Below, in pieces: positions 7,658-17,634 of a DNA stretch of 31,169 nt. Position numbers and translations under genes: made by a program. Numbering within the stretch: the stretch's first letter is position 1; every line of letters starts with the position of its first letter. The notes under the pieces were generated by a model. That model ran no database searches. It saw only the letters and a program-made list of their open reading frames with translations, and was not told the DNA's origin. Source of the DNA: a virus (taxonomy: Duplodnaviria > Caudoviricetes); the IMG/VR virus record IMGVR_UViG_3300048576_000577, positions 1 to 31,169 of that record. One strand, written 5' to 3'.

Positions 7658-9058
7658 TTAAATTGGTGTTCCGCTTGTATCGGTTACGGTTGCGGCTATT
7701 GTTTGACCGACATTTACAGCGTAAGTTACATATTCGGTTTCGTATCCGTTTACTCTGGTTATTTCGATAAGGGATCCTCCGAAATTCTGTGTTAATGTGA
7801 CGAGATATCCGACGTTTTCAACCCCGTACATTTTCCCGTCGAACGCCTTTTCGAGCGTCGCGGCGAATGATTGTGAAACGCTTAATGGATAATCGACGCT
7901 TTGGTATCTTTTGTCGACACCAATCAGGAAGATCTCAAATCCTAGATCGGATTGCATGTCTTGGGATCCAAAACACCCGCCGACGCTCGGATTGTAATCG
8001 ATATAATGCGGTCCTGGAAGTCCTATGAAATCGCTCCCGAATACCATTTTGATCTTGTTTTGCGATACTTTTATAATGCTTGTCGGGTATCGTTTCGTCC
8101 CGTCTCCGCCTTGGATCCAAACCCTGTTGAATCGCGTTGAGTAGACAAAAACCTCGCTGTCAAATTCGAGATACACCGATCCAGGATTGTCGTTTATGTT
8201 ATATCCCACCGTGACTGTAGGCGGCGGATAACCGCAGGTCGCAAAGAATTTCCCTGGCATTTTTACCCTATAAAAGACGTATTCAGTGCCCGGATATCCG
8301 CTTGGCCTTGATGCGCTTAAAAGAGTATAAACTTTTCCGTCGTCTCCCTTTAGCTGCAGAACCACCCTGTAATCAAACGTGAGGCCCGCCCAGCAATCCT
8401 GCCAACCTGTTACGCCGGACGGCTTCATCGTGATCTCCGTCAATTCCGCGACCTCGCCTTCAAAAATTCGAGCCTCCCAAAGCTCGCCGGCGCTATTTGT
8501 GTAGAATACCCATATCCCGTCATCTACTGATTCCGAATACAAACCTCGGACACTGGCGACATTTACGGCATCATCGGAAATAGTGATATCCGTTGAATTA
8601 GAATTAAGATTCTTCAATTTAAGCGACCCTGAAGTGTCAACAAAAAATACATATGGAAGATCATCCTTTGTAAAGGCTTCGACTCTCTCTGAATTTATTT
8701 CCATAAATCCATCAAACATAATTGAGAGCTCTGATATATTATCAATTGTTGTCAGGACTGACCATCGCATATCTTCGAGATTTCCCCTGGGTACTGCATA
8801 ACGAATAACTGCATCACCATCGATTACCTGAGCAGTGAAAATCATATCTGCTAAAAATGATCCTTTGGGACGTCTTACGGCGATACTCGCTCTGGATCCG
8901 ACTGACGAGATTATGGACTGTTTTTCCCAAAATCTCTGAGATGAGATTGCAGTTCTGTTTCGGGTTATATATGCCAAAGGCCGGGGATCATTATTGTTCT
9001 CCGGCGTCTGGATATTGTTATATAACCTATCGATAAGAATCTGGTCCGCATTATACAT
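7658..9058 (-). CDS. Minor tail protein (beta-rich, hypothetical)
   Basis: 466-aa ORF coupled to its neighbours within the tail module. Confidence 0.65.
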   Translation of the reverse strand: MYNADQILIDRLYNNIQTPENNNDPRPLAYITRNRTAISSQRFWEKQSIISSVGSRASIAVRRPKGSFLADMIFTAQVIDGDAVIRYAVPRGNLEDMRWSVLTTIDNISELSIMFDGFMEINSERVEAFTKDDLPYVFFVDTSGSLKLKNLNSNSTDITISDDAVNVASVRGLYSESVDDGIWVFYTNSAGELWEARIFEGEVAELTEITMKPSGVTGWQDCWAGLTFDYRVVLQLKGDDGKVYTLLSASRPSGYPGTEYVFYRVKMPGKFFATCGYPPPTVTVGYNINDNPGSVYLEFDSEVFVYSTRFNRVWIQGGDGTKRYPTSIIKVSQNKIKMVFGSDFIGLPGPHYIDYNPSVGGCFGSQDMQSDLGFEIFLIGVDKRYQSVDYPLSVSQSFAATLEKAFDGKMYGVENVGYLVTLTQNFGGSLIEITRVNGYETEYVTYAVNVGQTIAATVTDTSGTPI

Positions 9059-9398
9059 CTGGCATCACCGCCAATTCAAAGTCTACAACATACCTTGGAT
9101 CCGATCTTTTGGACTGGATTTCATATGCCGGTTGCCCAATAATGAATCCTGTCTTCACAAAATCAAGGAACCCGATCGTCAGATATTCCTTCGTATCAGC
9201 GTATCCAAGAAGTTCCTGGACTACCTCCCATGAACATACAAGCTGCATGATGACCTTCTCAGCTTTTGTTCCGATCGTCTGGACGAACCATTTCCCATTC
9301 AGCATGTTTCCTGTAGACTCATTCTTAATCGGCGCCGGCCTGGCTTTTATGATAAAAACATCGAGGCTTTCAGCATCGGAATTCTTAAGATATCTCAT
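9051..9398 (-). CDS. Putative distal tail (Dit-like) protein
   Basis: 115 aa, immediately after the tape measure gene; MLNGKWFVQTIG. Confidence 0.55.
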   Translation of the reverse strand: MRYLKNSDAESLDVFIIKARPAPIKNESTGNMLNGKWFVQTIGTKAEKVIMQLVCSWEVVQELLGYADTKEYLTIGFLDFVKTGFIIGQPAYEIQSKRSDPRYVVDFELAVMPDV

Positions 9399-11230
9399 TA
9401 CTTATTCCTCCTCCACTGTCTGGCCATCTCAAACGAGTCATTATTCATGACCATCGTCGACGCTGCAACAAACTCGTCCTTGTCGCTGACTCCCTTAAGC
9501 AGGATCGTTCCATCATGTCTGATCACGGTTTTTTGCTCCAAGAGTGCCATCGGAGACTTGCCAAGTCCGAGTTCCATGCCGGCGGCCATGTTCTTTCCTA
9601 TGCCCTCAAAAACCTTACTAGGCGAATTAATCCCAAGAATGCTCTTAACCTTTTTCGTGATCCCTTCTGCAAATCCCTTCAGCTTGTCCATGAGCCACTT
9701 CACTTTCGAAGAGATCCCGCCCCACAGGCCGGAAATAATGTTTATTCCGATTCTTCCGAATGTCTCCGGTAGGTTCGAAAATATGTCCGCCAGCCCCGTG
9801 ATAACGCCCTTGATCTTCTTGATGGCACCGCCAACAGCATCTTTGATGCTCCCAAATATCGCTATGACAGCATTCCGAAAGCCTTCATTCGTGGTCCATA
9901 GGTAGATGATCCCGGCGACCAGGGCGGCAATTGCGGTTACGATCAGCCCGATTGGGTTCATCATCATGGCAACATTCATGAGCCTCTGAGCAATCGTGAG
10001 GCCTTCTGTTGCGACCTGCCATGTTTTCATGGCTCCTACGACCGCCTGAATCGTCGTTACGACGTTCCATGCTGCCATTCCGGCACCGATGGCCACTAGA
10101 CCCGCCGCGATCGTGTTGGCATTCTTCAGGACCCATTTAAGGCCATCAACAAGAGGTGTCAAGTCAACTTTCTTCAGCTCATCAGCCAGATCCGTCAGCG
10201 TTGGAGCAAGCTCTGAAAATGCTTCACCGAATTTTCCGACCATAGACGACTTCAAATTTCCAAGGGCATCTCCAAAGGTATCGAGGCCAGCGACGGCTTC
10301 ATTAGACATGACAGCGCCAGTGTCTCTTGCTTCCTGCGCCAGCCGATTAAGTTCATCTCCTCCGGCTACGATGAGCGGATTCAGTTCCATAGCTGATTTA
10401 CCGAACAGCTGCATTGACAGAGCATTTCTTTCAGTTTCGTTTTCCATCATGTTCAAGGCGTTGAATGTATCCAACATCACGGCATTGCTATCACGCAAAT
10501 GGCCGTTGGATAACGTGGTCTTTACCCCCAGCTGTGCAAATGCTTCTGCCTGGGCTCCGGATCCTTTTTGCGCTGCAGACATTGACTTCGTCAGCTTCGC
10601 CTGTGCTCCGGTGATCGTTTCCAGCTCAACACCTAAATTCGATCCGGCATACTGGAGCTCCTGAAGCCTTTCTGCACTCACGCCTGTCTTATCAGACATC
10701 GCCTGCAGCTCGTCAGCGTTACTCATAGCCGATGAGGCGAGGCCGCCCATGGCGAGCGTGATCCCCGCTGCGGCAGCCTTTACAAGGTTGAATGCACCTC
10801 TGAGCTTTTCCTGTGCCGTTTTGAATTCTTCGCTATTCTTAGCAGCTGTGACCTGAGCACGGCCATAATCCTTCATCGCCTTCTCGTTGGTATCAAGCTG
10901 AGATTTTTGTTTATTCAACTCAGCATTGGCGCGGTTGAGTTTCTCTTCCCAGGCTTTCGTCTTAAGCGAGTCCTCACCGTACTCTTTTTTCGCATTCTCA
11001 AGAGCTTTCTCAAGAACGCTGACCTTTTTAGCCTGCTCATCGATCTGCTTATTCAGAACCGAATTCGTAGCACTTAAGCTCTTGGCCGATTTATTATTGC
11101 TGCCATAGGAAGACGCAACAAGCCCCAGCTCTGAATTCACAACCTTCAGATTGGAGCCGATCTGCTGCAATGCCTTCTTAAATTCTGCCTCGCCATCAAC
11201 TGACAGCGATAAACCTGCTTTTTCAGACAT
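9398..11230 (-). CDS. Tape measure protein (610 aa)
   Basis: N-terminal [16 protein letters not shown] coiled coil; [21 protein letters not shown]; [10 protein letters not shown]. Confidence 0.95.
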   Translation of the reverse strand: MSEKAGLSLSVDGEAEFKKALQQIGSNLKVVNSELGLVASSYGSNNKSAKSLSATNSVLNKQIDEQAKKVSVLEKALENAKKEYGEDSLKTKAWEEKLNRANAELNKQKSQLDTNEKAMKDYGRAQVTAAKNSEEFKTAQEKLRGAFNLVKAAAAGITLAMGGLASSAMSNADELQAMSDKTGVSAERLQELQYAGSNLGVELETITGAQAKLTKSMSAAQKGSGAQAEAFAQLGVKTTLSNGHLRDSNAVMLDTFNALNMMENETERNALSMQLFGKSAMELNPLIVAGGDELNRLAQEARDTGAVMSNEAVAGLDTFGDALGNLKSSMVGKFGEAFSELAPTLTDLADELKKVDLTPLVDGLKWVLKNANTIAAGLVAIGAGMAAWNVVTTIQAVVGAMKTWQVATEGLTIAQRLMNVAMMMNPIGLIVTAIAALVAGIIYLWTTNEGFRNAVIAIFGSIKDAVGGAIKKIKGVITGLADIFSNLPETFGRIGINIISGLWGGISSKVKWLMDKLKGFAEGITKKVKSILGINSPSKVFEGIGKNMAAGMELGLGKSPMALLEQKTVIRHDGTILLKGVSDKDEFVAASTMVMNNDSFEMARQWRRNK

Positions 11231-11241
11231 GGCTATACCTC

Positions 11242-11439
11242 CTAAAACATCCCGTCGATCTCGTCCTGATCGCTATTTTTTTGAATTCCATGCCATTCAT
11301 AGTGGACCCGCTTCTGAGCAATCAACTCTCCGATCGTCATATTCCTAAATTCCCTGATAGATCTCCCTAAGACGGTTACCGCCAGATACTCGTAACGCAT
11401 GAGCATTTCTCTCATGCTCATGCGTTCATTTAGTTTGGG
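11242..11439 (-). CDS. Tail assembly chaperone C-terminal extension (gpT-like), reached by -1 frameshift
   Basis: Slippery C CCA AAC (11439-11433) just before the TAA; the -1 frame is open for 65 codons and contains [16 protein letters not shown]. Confidence 0.85.
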   Translation of the reverse strand, partial: PKLNERMSMREMLMRYEYLAVTVLGRSIREFRNMTIGELIAQKRVHYEWHGIQKNSDQDEIDGMF

Positions 11440-11777
11440 TCTTCGTCTTCCTCTTCATCTGCGAGATTACTCGGAGGCGTCGCATTTTCTTCGAATGCCT
11501 TTAGGATCTCGTTGACGATCGGCGTCGGATTTTTCCAGTCGAGAAGCGCCCCGACATGTTCCTCCGAAACTCTTTTGACATCATAGTCCGGATCCAGCGC
11601 CTTTTCCCTGGTGATCCACGAATTGATCCCGAGGGTCACGAGCCAGACAACATTTCCGAATCTTCCCTTGCCCTGCATCAGCACGTCAAGCCTCTCAATG
11701 TCTCCAGCCCGTTCCTCGATAGCGTCCAAAGCTGACATGGTATATGCCAGCTTGTATTCTTTATTTCCCAGTTTCAT
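11430..11777 (-). CDS. Tail assembly chaperone (gpG-like)
   Basis: Between major tail and tape measure genes; KEYKLAYTMSALDAIEE; ends at a slippery site. Confidence 0.88.
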   Translation of the reverse strand: MKLGNKEYKLAYTMSALDAIEERAGDIERLDVLMQGKGRFGNVVWLVTLGINSWITREKALDPDYDVKRVSEEHVGALLDWKNPTPIVNEILKAFEENATPPSNLADEEEDEDPN

Positions 11778-11794
11778 TTCATGCCCCCGCAGTC

Positions 11795-12598
11795 TTAGTT
11801 GATAATGTAGGTCTCAACAACCTGTTCAGAGTTCTCAAGGCTCGCCTTATATGCAAAGAACTTCAGGACGGTTGTCGATGCGATTGAAATCGCTGTGCTG
11901 TACGTCGTTCCGTTATCCGTTGCAGGCGTGCTGCCGTCCGTAGTGTATTTGATCGTCGCGCCAGATGTCGCACATGCCAGCGTTACGGACTGTGTTCCGG
12001 TATAGATTCCTCCGGTTACACTCGGCACAGGAGTACTGACTCTAGTCGTGATGCCAGCTTTATTTTCAAGCCAGGCGACCGCTGCCGCTTCAGTTGTGAA
12101 TTCCTGCTTTTCTCTCCAGTCACCGGAATCATCCGCATAGATCTCAGCTTCAATTTCAGGGTTCTTAAACGAAACCGACTGGCCTTTTGTCTCATCCTCT
12201 TCAGACGGCACTCCAAATCTCGCTTTTTTGAACCATCTGCCCTGATAAACAGTCGACTTCACTCCGCTTACAGTCTTTCTGACCTTGCGGCAATAGCCGA
12301 TACCGACGTCGATGGCCTCATCCTCGACGTTTGAAACGACCTGCCCATTGCCGTCGATCGACGCACCAAGCAGCCAGGCTTCATCTGTGTCAGAAATATA
12401 GTTGGCGGAGATGTTCAATTTCCCGCCGGTGACCGTCTCAAGAGAGTCAACGACACCGTCATCCCCATAATTCTTCTGGACATCCTTGTCGATGCTGGTT
12501 GATGCCTTCACGGCTGTTCCAAGGACTCTTCCTTCGGTATAGGACCCGTCAGAGCCTCTCTTGGCCGCTACAAAATGTTTTAATCCAATCTGTGCCAT
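11795..12598 (-). CDS. Major tail protein (phi13-like) with C-terminal Fn3-associated/CHB_HEX_C Ig-like domain
   Basis: MAQIGLK..YGDDG..EDETKGQSVSFKNPEIE; C-terminal VTLACATSGATIKYTTDGSTP. Confidence 0.92.
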   Translation of the reverse strand: MAQIGLKHFVAAKRGSDGSYTEGRVLGTAVKASTSIDKDVQKNYGDDGVVDSLETVTGGKLNISANYISDTDEAWLLGASIDGNGQVVSNVEDEAIDVGIGYCRKVRKTVSGVKSTVYQGRWFKKARFGVPSEEDETKGQSVSFKNPEIEAEIYADDSGDWREKQEFTTEAAAVAWLENKAGITTRVSTPVPSVTGGIYTGTQSVTLACATSGATIKYTTDGSTPATDNGTTYSTAISIASTTVLKFFAYKASLENSEQVVETYIIN

Positions 12599-12608
12599 AA
12601 TGTACCTC

Positions 12609-13046
12609 CTATGATTTTTTAATAAATTCGTCTAGTTTGCGGGCCATCACATCATTTACCTGGTCCGCTGCGGCGATTTCCGTCCTCCGCATAAATCCTT
12701 TTCCGGCCTCTCCGTTACCGCCTCTCTCAAAAACCATGGCCTTAATCGCATTCGGGACGCCTTCCGGATTCTTCGAGCTGATCCTTGTCTTGTCATAACC
12801 GCTGAATTCGACTGCTATGTACTTGTTTTTCTGCTTCGATGTCTTGACTTTAGTGATCTTCAAGGCTTTTACCAGCTCACCACTGCCGTCTTTTATCATC
12901 CGTTCAGTGCTTTCCTTCAGCTTGCTATATAAAACCTCTGCTCCGGCCTCTAAAACCTCCGGGATAGCCGCATCAAGTCGTTCACCACCCAGAGCTTTCA
13001 GCTTTTTCTCAAGCTCTGCCGCAAAATTCGCCTTGCAGTTCGCCAC
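12609..13046 (-). CDS. HK97 gp10-like tail/neck protein
   Basis: VLEAGAEVL..SGELVKAL..NAIKAMVFERG..GFMR; GTG start after GGGGTGA. Confidence 0.75.
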   Translation of the reverse strand: MANCKANFAAELEKKLKALGGERLDAAIPEVLEAGAEVLYSKLKESTERMIKDGSGELVKALKITKVKTSKQKNKYIAVEFSGYDKTRISSKNPEGVPNAIKAMVFERGGNGEAGKGFMRRTEIAAADQVNDVMARKLDEFIKKS

Positions 13047-13050
13047 TTTA

Positions 13051-13401
13051 TCACCCCCAGATGGAAAATTCGGAATATCTGCCGGTATACTCGCTCTGGA
13101 GATCATCGATCGTCGACACATTATGCTGAACAAGGTCAAATCCGGCCGATTTCAGAGCATTTCTTATAGAATCCATATAAGAATCCAGCAGACTCTTTTC
13201 TTCGCGGCTTACGAAGCAGTAAACGTAAAAATGGTGCGTCTCTTCTCCAGCCTCATCGTCCGAAAAGTTGTCCTCACCATTGTAAATATTTGCGACGATG
13301 ATGTATTTTTCTGAGTCTTCACCTTTTCTCTCGTCCCATATAGGCATTCCAAGCCCTGACAGGGCGCTGTACGCCAGCTGCTTCGATTCTTCGGTATTCA
13401 T
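13051..13401 (-). CDS. Tail terminator / completion protein
   Basis: KYII..FSDD..IRNALKSAGF pattern; neck position. Confidence 0.65.
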   Translation of the reverse strand: MNTEESKQLAYSALSGLGMPIWDERKGEDSEKYIIVANIYNGEDNFSDDEAGEETHHFYVYCFVSREEKSLLDSYMDSIRNALKSAGFDLVQHNVSTIDDLQSEYTGRYSEFSIWG

Positions 13402-13715
13402 TATCCCTTCACCTGCCTCTGAATCTTGATCACGATCTCATCCGCCTGGCCTGTCCTGATCGGATCGCCAACGACGGAATAGATATCTCCGTTCCATACG
13501 ATCCGGCTCTTTGCCGATAAACCCGGTAAAGGCTTAAGGTAGCACTTGCCGGTTGATACGGCAGTGCTACCTTGAGCAATAAGACTTTCGATGCTGCCAT
13601 CCATCCATACATGGCACATCACACCGGTTAAATCTTTCCAGGGTCCTTCACTTGAAGGAGGAACGACTGTTTTATTCTGAACAATAACGTAATCCTTATA
13701 TGCCCTCACTGTCAT
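13401..13715 (-). CDS. Head closure / head-tail adaptor
   Basis: W.D...V..HV...RIVWNGDIYSVV (gp16-like); neck position. Confidence 0.7.
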   Translation of the reverse strand: MTVRAYKDYVIVQNKTVVPPSSEGPWKDLTGVMCHVWMDGSIESLIAQGSTAVSTGKCYLKPLPGLSAKSRIVWNGDIYSVVGDPIRTGQADEIVIKIQRQVKG

Positions 13716-13975
13716 ACCCCCTGAAGACTCGCGATATAGAGCTTCTCCCAGAGGTTTTGATAGGCAGGTGACATCTGCACTTCTGCAGGTGTGCTGTTTG
13801 CTAGATCATTAACGGTCAACGCGATCAGCTGCTTTCCCAGCGGGCTTTCGAGCTGTGCGTCCGGAAGATCTATAAGCTGAATTGCAGCCGTCATTCTCAG
13901 CTGTAGCGGGCCATTCGGCGCGAGCGGCGAGTAGCCACACATTTCCTTCAGTTCGGCTAGTGTCATTGCTGCCAT
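13712..13975 (-). CDS. Head-tail connector (gp6-like)
   Basis: MTLAELKE; directly after the capsid gene; GAGGAGG RBS. Confidence 0.65.
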   Translation of the reverse strand: MAAMTLAELKEMCGYSPLAPNGPLQLRMTAAIQLIDLPDAQLESPLGKQLIALTVNDLANSTPAEVQMSPAYQNLWEKLYIASLQGV

Positions 13976-14024
13976 CAAAATCCCTCCTCGATGATGCTAT
14001 ATTCAGGCTGCGCTATACCCGGTC

Positions 14025-15509
14025 CTAGGACAAGGTATATGCTGCAGACAGAACTGTGGAGTCAGCCATTCCGGTCTTGACTGCGATTGCTTTGAGCGTG
14101 CCGGCTTCAGTGATCTTTGGTTTGTTTGTGCTGCTGTACTTCGCACTATCTCTCGTTGGAGTAGATCCATCCAGAGTATAGTAGATTGTCGCACCGGTCG
14201 TCGAGGAAGCCAGAGTGATCGATGAGCCTGCTGCCACTGCTCCAGCTGCCGGGTTAGCCGTAGGAGCTGCCGCTGCATCTGTGCTGACAACATACATGGT
14301 GAATGCTGCCGCTGCGATCTCTTCAGATACCGGAGATCCGCCACCATAGAGCTTGCCACGGAACACGGTCTTGTCTGTGCTGAATTTCTCGCTTTCGTTG
14401 CGCTCGATCATGGTATCCTGGGAGATATTTGCGACGTACCCGTTCTTGATATCTCCGTACAGGATGTCCCCTGACTGCATCACGTTTGTGAATACAACCT
14501 CCTGCCCTTCAATGAACCATACGTTTCCGACCTTCTGTGCGATCGGGAAGTTGGCAACGATCGGAGCGTTGTCATAACCTTTGAGCTTCTTGATCGTTTT
14601 AAAGAACATGCTGCGTCTCATGACATAGATTGCGTTGTCACCGTAAGGAGAATCGAGATCCCCCTGCATGTCGCAGACCGTATCATAAGAGAACGCTGTA
14701 TAGGTCTTAGCTGCGATCATTTCCAGGACACCAACAAAGCTTCCCTGATCTCCGTTGATCACTGCATTGTCAAGATAGACGCCGATGTACTTGCCGATCT
14801 CTGCGACCAGGAAGTTTTCCAGCGCTGCGATGGAATTCTTCAGGATCAGGTTCTTAACCTCGATCGTCGCAACGATAGCCTCCTGTTTGATTGTCGTTTC
14901 AGTGAACGTATACGCCAGGGACACGATACCGTCTGTAGACGTTTCGGTTCTTGCAGATCCGATCGGAAGCGAAACAATCCCGGTGAATCCGTACTTCGTT
15001 ACTTTCGCCCAGACTCTGCCGTATTCCTCGATGACCTGGTGGATATTGTTGACTGTCGTGACTGGAAGCAGGTATTCTCCTCCGGAAGTGATCGAACCGC
15101 CATTGACATCAGTGACAGCTCTCTTGCCAAATTCCATGACCTCGACATCTTTTTCAGCGACCTTGTTCGCGGACAGCGAGCGGAAGAATGCACTGCGATA
15201 CGCTTGGCTCTGCAACACTTTGAGTCTCTCGTCTTCTGTGGCCTCGGACGCCATCGGCAAAGCTCTCAGTTTTCCTTCCAGCTCGACGGATGCAGCCTCA
15301 CTTCTCAGGTCGATCATTTCTTTCATGAGTCCGACGAGCTTTTCATCGGATCCATCATACTCACCTCTGAGAGATGCAAATTCGGCGCTTTGCACATCTC
15401 TATGGCCCTGAAGCTGTGTCTTAAGTTCCCTTCTGCGTGCTACCAGGTTGTCAAATTCGGTCTGCTTTGAGCGGATGTCGCCCAGGATTTCTTTGAGTTC
15501 TCTCTTCAC
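14025..15509 (-). CDS. HK97-fold major capsid protein with N-terminal scaffold (delta) coil and C-terminal Fn3-associated/CHB_HEX_C domain
   Basis: GGEYLLP, LDNAVINGD, ILYGD, F.TDKTVFRG; C-terminal ITLASSTTGATIYYTLDGSTPT. Confidence 0.93.
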   Translation of the reverse strand: MKRELKEILGDIRSKQTEFDNLVARRRELKTQLQGHRDVQSAEFASLRGEYDGSDEKLVGLMKEMIDLRSEAASVELEGKLRALPMASEATEDERLKVLQSQAYRSAFFRSLSANKVAEKDVEVMEFGKRAVTDVNGGSITSGGEYLLPVTTVNNIHQVIEEYGRVWAKVTKYGFTGIVSLPIGSARTETSTDGIVSLAYTFTETTIKQEAIVATIEVKNLILKNSIAALENFLVAEIGKYIGVYLDNAVINGDQGSFVGVLEMIAAKTYTAFSYDTVCDMQGDLDSPYGDNAIYVMRRSMFFKTIKKLKGYDNAPIVANFPIAQKVGNVWFIEGQEVVFTNVMQSGDILYGDIKNGYVANISQDTMIERNESEKFSTDKTVFRGKLYGGGSPVSEEIAAAAFTMYVVSTDAAAAPTANPAAGAVAAGSSITLASSTTGATIYYTLDGSTPTRDSAKYSSTNKPKITEAGTLKAIAVKTGMADSTVLSAAYTLS

Positions 15510-15521
15510 GTTCTTTTCCTC

Positions 15522-16088
15522 CTATAATAAAAAATTCATTGGGCGGCTTTCGCCAGCCGGATCTGTGTTAGGCTCGTAAGCCATAACAATCGCTTCTTTG
15601 TACGCTCCGCGGGCTACGGCGCTGACTTCGTAAATTTCCTTGAATTTGACGATGGTGTCGCGCTTTGCCTCGAAGTCGCTTTTTACTTCTGCAAGGAAGT
15701 AATGACTCATGTCTGTCAGGATCCCGAGCCGGGTCAGCTCATACAGGTTGTCTGCAGGGACCGTCTCCGGAAGAATAACTTCGACAAACAGTCCGGTGTC
15801 ATCCGGGATAGCCCTCATGTTTACGCCGTTGCGTCCCATGAGCAGCTCCGGCAGATGTTCCTGGAAAAATAACAGGCCAGACAGATCCACGCCGTCAAGC
15901 GCTCCCTTCTGGACAACTTCCTCCCACCATTCCAACTGACCATTTACCAGGTACGGGATCTTCGCGACAGCTCCGTAAACGATGGGATATCCCCGGATTA
16001 CCTTCTGGTTTCCCTGATCACTCTCGATCACTTCGGCCCGAAAACCAGCTTTCTGGTGATAGGCCATGACTTTTTTATTGACCGCCAT
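15522..16088 (-). CDS. Prohead maturation protease (HK97 family)
   Basis: IRGYPIVY, EVVQKGA, EH...MGR, DDTGL, EIYEVSAV..GAY. Confidence 0.92.
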   Translation of the reverse strand: MAVNKKVMAYHQKAGFRAEVIESDQGNQKVIRGYPIVYGAVAKIPYLVNGQLEWWEEVVQKGALDGVDLSGLLFFQEHLPELLMGRNGVNMRAIPDDTGLFVEVILPETVPADNLYELTRLGILTDMSHYFLAEVKSDFEAKRDTIVKFKEIYEVSAVARGAYKEAIVMAYEPNTDPAGESRPMNFLL

Positions 16089-17250
16089 CTGTAACCTCCT
16101 TCATGCTTTGAGCATTTTTATTCGTCAAGAGCTCATCGCCGCCCTCGATCCACGACATACCGATTCTCTTTCTGCCCTCATTCCTGGTCATTGTTCCTTG
16201 GTAGATTGATTTATCGAGGAAGTTCGTCTTCGCTGCCATCGTCACAATTTCTAGCATCATATCGTCGTAATCGATACGGTTTCCGATGCGGATCTCTTTC
16301 ATCGAGAAAGACTTAAACGTCAGCTCCTCGCAGAGCTGGTTCAGGATCGCCTTACACCTGATACCAAACTGCTGATATTCAAGTTCACTCGCCGTTCCGT
16401 CCATGATTCTTCCGGATGTCCCGAGATAGCTGTATATCCGATTCGTGAGCCCGTCCATCGTTGCAGTATCGATTGATTGTGAATTTAGATCTATCTGCTG
16501 GACCTCGTAGTTTCCACGAATCATTCCCAGGCCGGTTACATTTTCACTCGTGAGATATGTCTCTTTGAATTCTTCAAGCTGGGCTTTGAAGTCTTTATCC
16601 TTCAGCCCTCCGCTCTTTGCGATCAGCAGCGCCTTGACCTTTCCGTCTGCCTCAAGCTTCTTGATCGATGCAGCCTGCATGCTGCCGACGACGTCCGTAT
16701 AGGTGTAGATTGCTTGCCTCTTCATGCCGTGCCTGATATCAGGGAACCGCTGCAGGTGGATCAGATCTGAGTATAAAAATGCAGTTCCAGCATCCGGGAA
16801 CAGCACCCAATCGATCCCAGCAACGCTCTGAAATTCAAACTGAGTGAACGGCAGCGGCGTCAGACTCAGGAGCTCTCCAGACATACTCCACTCAGGAAGT
16901 GCAAAAACATTGTTGTTATAAAGCATCCGCGAGATAATATTGGTTTTGAATACCTGCGGCGACTGCCATTTATTCGCCCGGATCTGAAGCACTTCGTTAA
17001 AACTTCCGCCATTAACATACTCAACCTGCTTCTGGCCCATGGGCTTCGGTGTCACGACCACATGGTCAAGAGGTACAATCGAACAGATCTCGCCGATCAT
17101 ATTCACAGCGCTCCTCACTTCAGGGATCTCCGTCAGCCGGCGATTGACCTCCCAAAGAGAGTATCCGCTATCAAGAAGGTTGATCACCTTCGCTATGCTC
17201 TGGCTACTATTCGGCATCGCTGCGCTTCGTTCTCCGAAAAGAAAACCCAT
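16075..17250 (-). CDS. Portal protein (HK97 family)
   Basis: PEVRSAVNMI, DLIHLQ, MTRNEGR..IGM..IEGGDEL. Confidence 0.93.
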   Translation of the reverse strand: MGFLFGERSAAMPNSSQSIAKVINLLDSGYSLWEVNRRLTEIPEVRSAVNMIGEICSIVPLDHVVVTPKPMGQKQVEYVNGGSFNEVLQIRANKWQSPQVFKTNIISRMLYNNNVFALPEWSMSGELLSLTPLPFTQFEFQSVAGIDWVLFPDAGTAFLYSDLIHLQRFPDIRHGMKRQAIYTYTDVVGSMQAASIKKLEADGKVKALLIAKSGGLKDKDFKAQLEEFKETYLTSENVTGLGMIRGNYEVQQIDLNSQSIDTATMDGLTNRIYSYLGTSGRIMDGTASELEYQQFGIRCKAILNQLCEELTFKSFSMKEIRIGNRIDYDDMMLEIVTMAAKTNFLDKSIYQGTMTRNEGRKRIGMSWIEGGDELLTNKNAQSMKEVTDGGQ

Positions 17251-17286
17251 ATTTCTACCTCTCCTCCTAAAAATCCTTATAATATA

Positions 17287-17319
17287 ATTCTACTCTTAAA
17301 AATTCGTCACCACTTGCAA
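17287..17319 (-). promoter_or_regulatory. Putative activator-dependent late promoter upstream of the portal gene
   Basis: TTGCAA-21-TAGAAT following a terminator; TGACGAA in the spacer. Confidence 0.45.
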
Positions 17320-17320
17320 C

Positions 17321-17343
17321 TTAAAAGAGGGCTTGCGCCCTCT
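17321..17343 (-). terminator. Terminator between the terminase operon and the portal gene
   Basis: AGAGGGC-GCAA-GCCCTCT-TTT. Confidence 0.75.
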
Positions 17344-17361
17344 GATTTCAATCGATATAGC

Positions 17362-17628
17362 CTAATTCCACGAAAGGTAAAACTTTTTGCACAACCTCCA
17401 AAGCCCGCTTTCATCCATAAAGTATTTCTGGGCCACAAACTGCATCGTCTGATCCGTCGTCACCGCCTCAAATAATGCCTCAGAATGGATCCCGCCGATC
17501 TCCAGGCAGAGGTGCCGGACCTTATCTTTTGTCCGCTGCGACTGCGTCGAATAATTCAGACAGGTGAAGTAGATCAACCCGATCTTCTTGTATGAAATTC
17601 CGAAGTTTCGATTGTGCTTAAATTGCAT
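17362..17628 (-). CDS. Hypothetical protein with C-terminal HTH-like segment; candidate late-gene activator
   Basis: TMQFVAQKYFMDESGLWRLCKKFY; lies just before the terminator and putative late promoter. Confidence 0.55.
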   Translation of the reverse strand: MQFKHNRNFGISYKKIGLIYFTCLNYSTQSQRTKDKVRHLCLEIGGIHSEALFEAVTTDQTMQFVAQKYFMDESGLWRLCKKFYLSWN

Positions 17629-17634
17629 CGATAC

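Noticed and set aside
2951-9058. Diversity-generating retroelement or invertible tail-fibre cassette
   Set aside because: No reverse transcriptase or invertase in the window, and no TR/VR-like or inverted repeat pair seen by eye.
14003-14359. Alternative-frame ORF as a frameshifted capsid extension
   Set aside because: The Ig-like domain is already in frame with the capsid; this ORF has no motif or slippery site.
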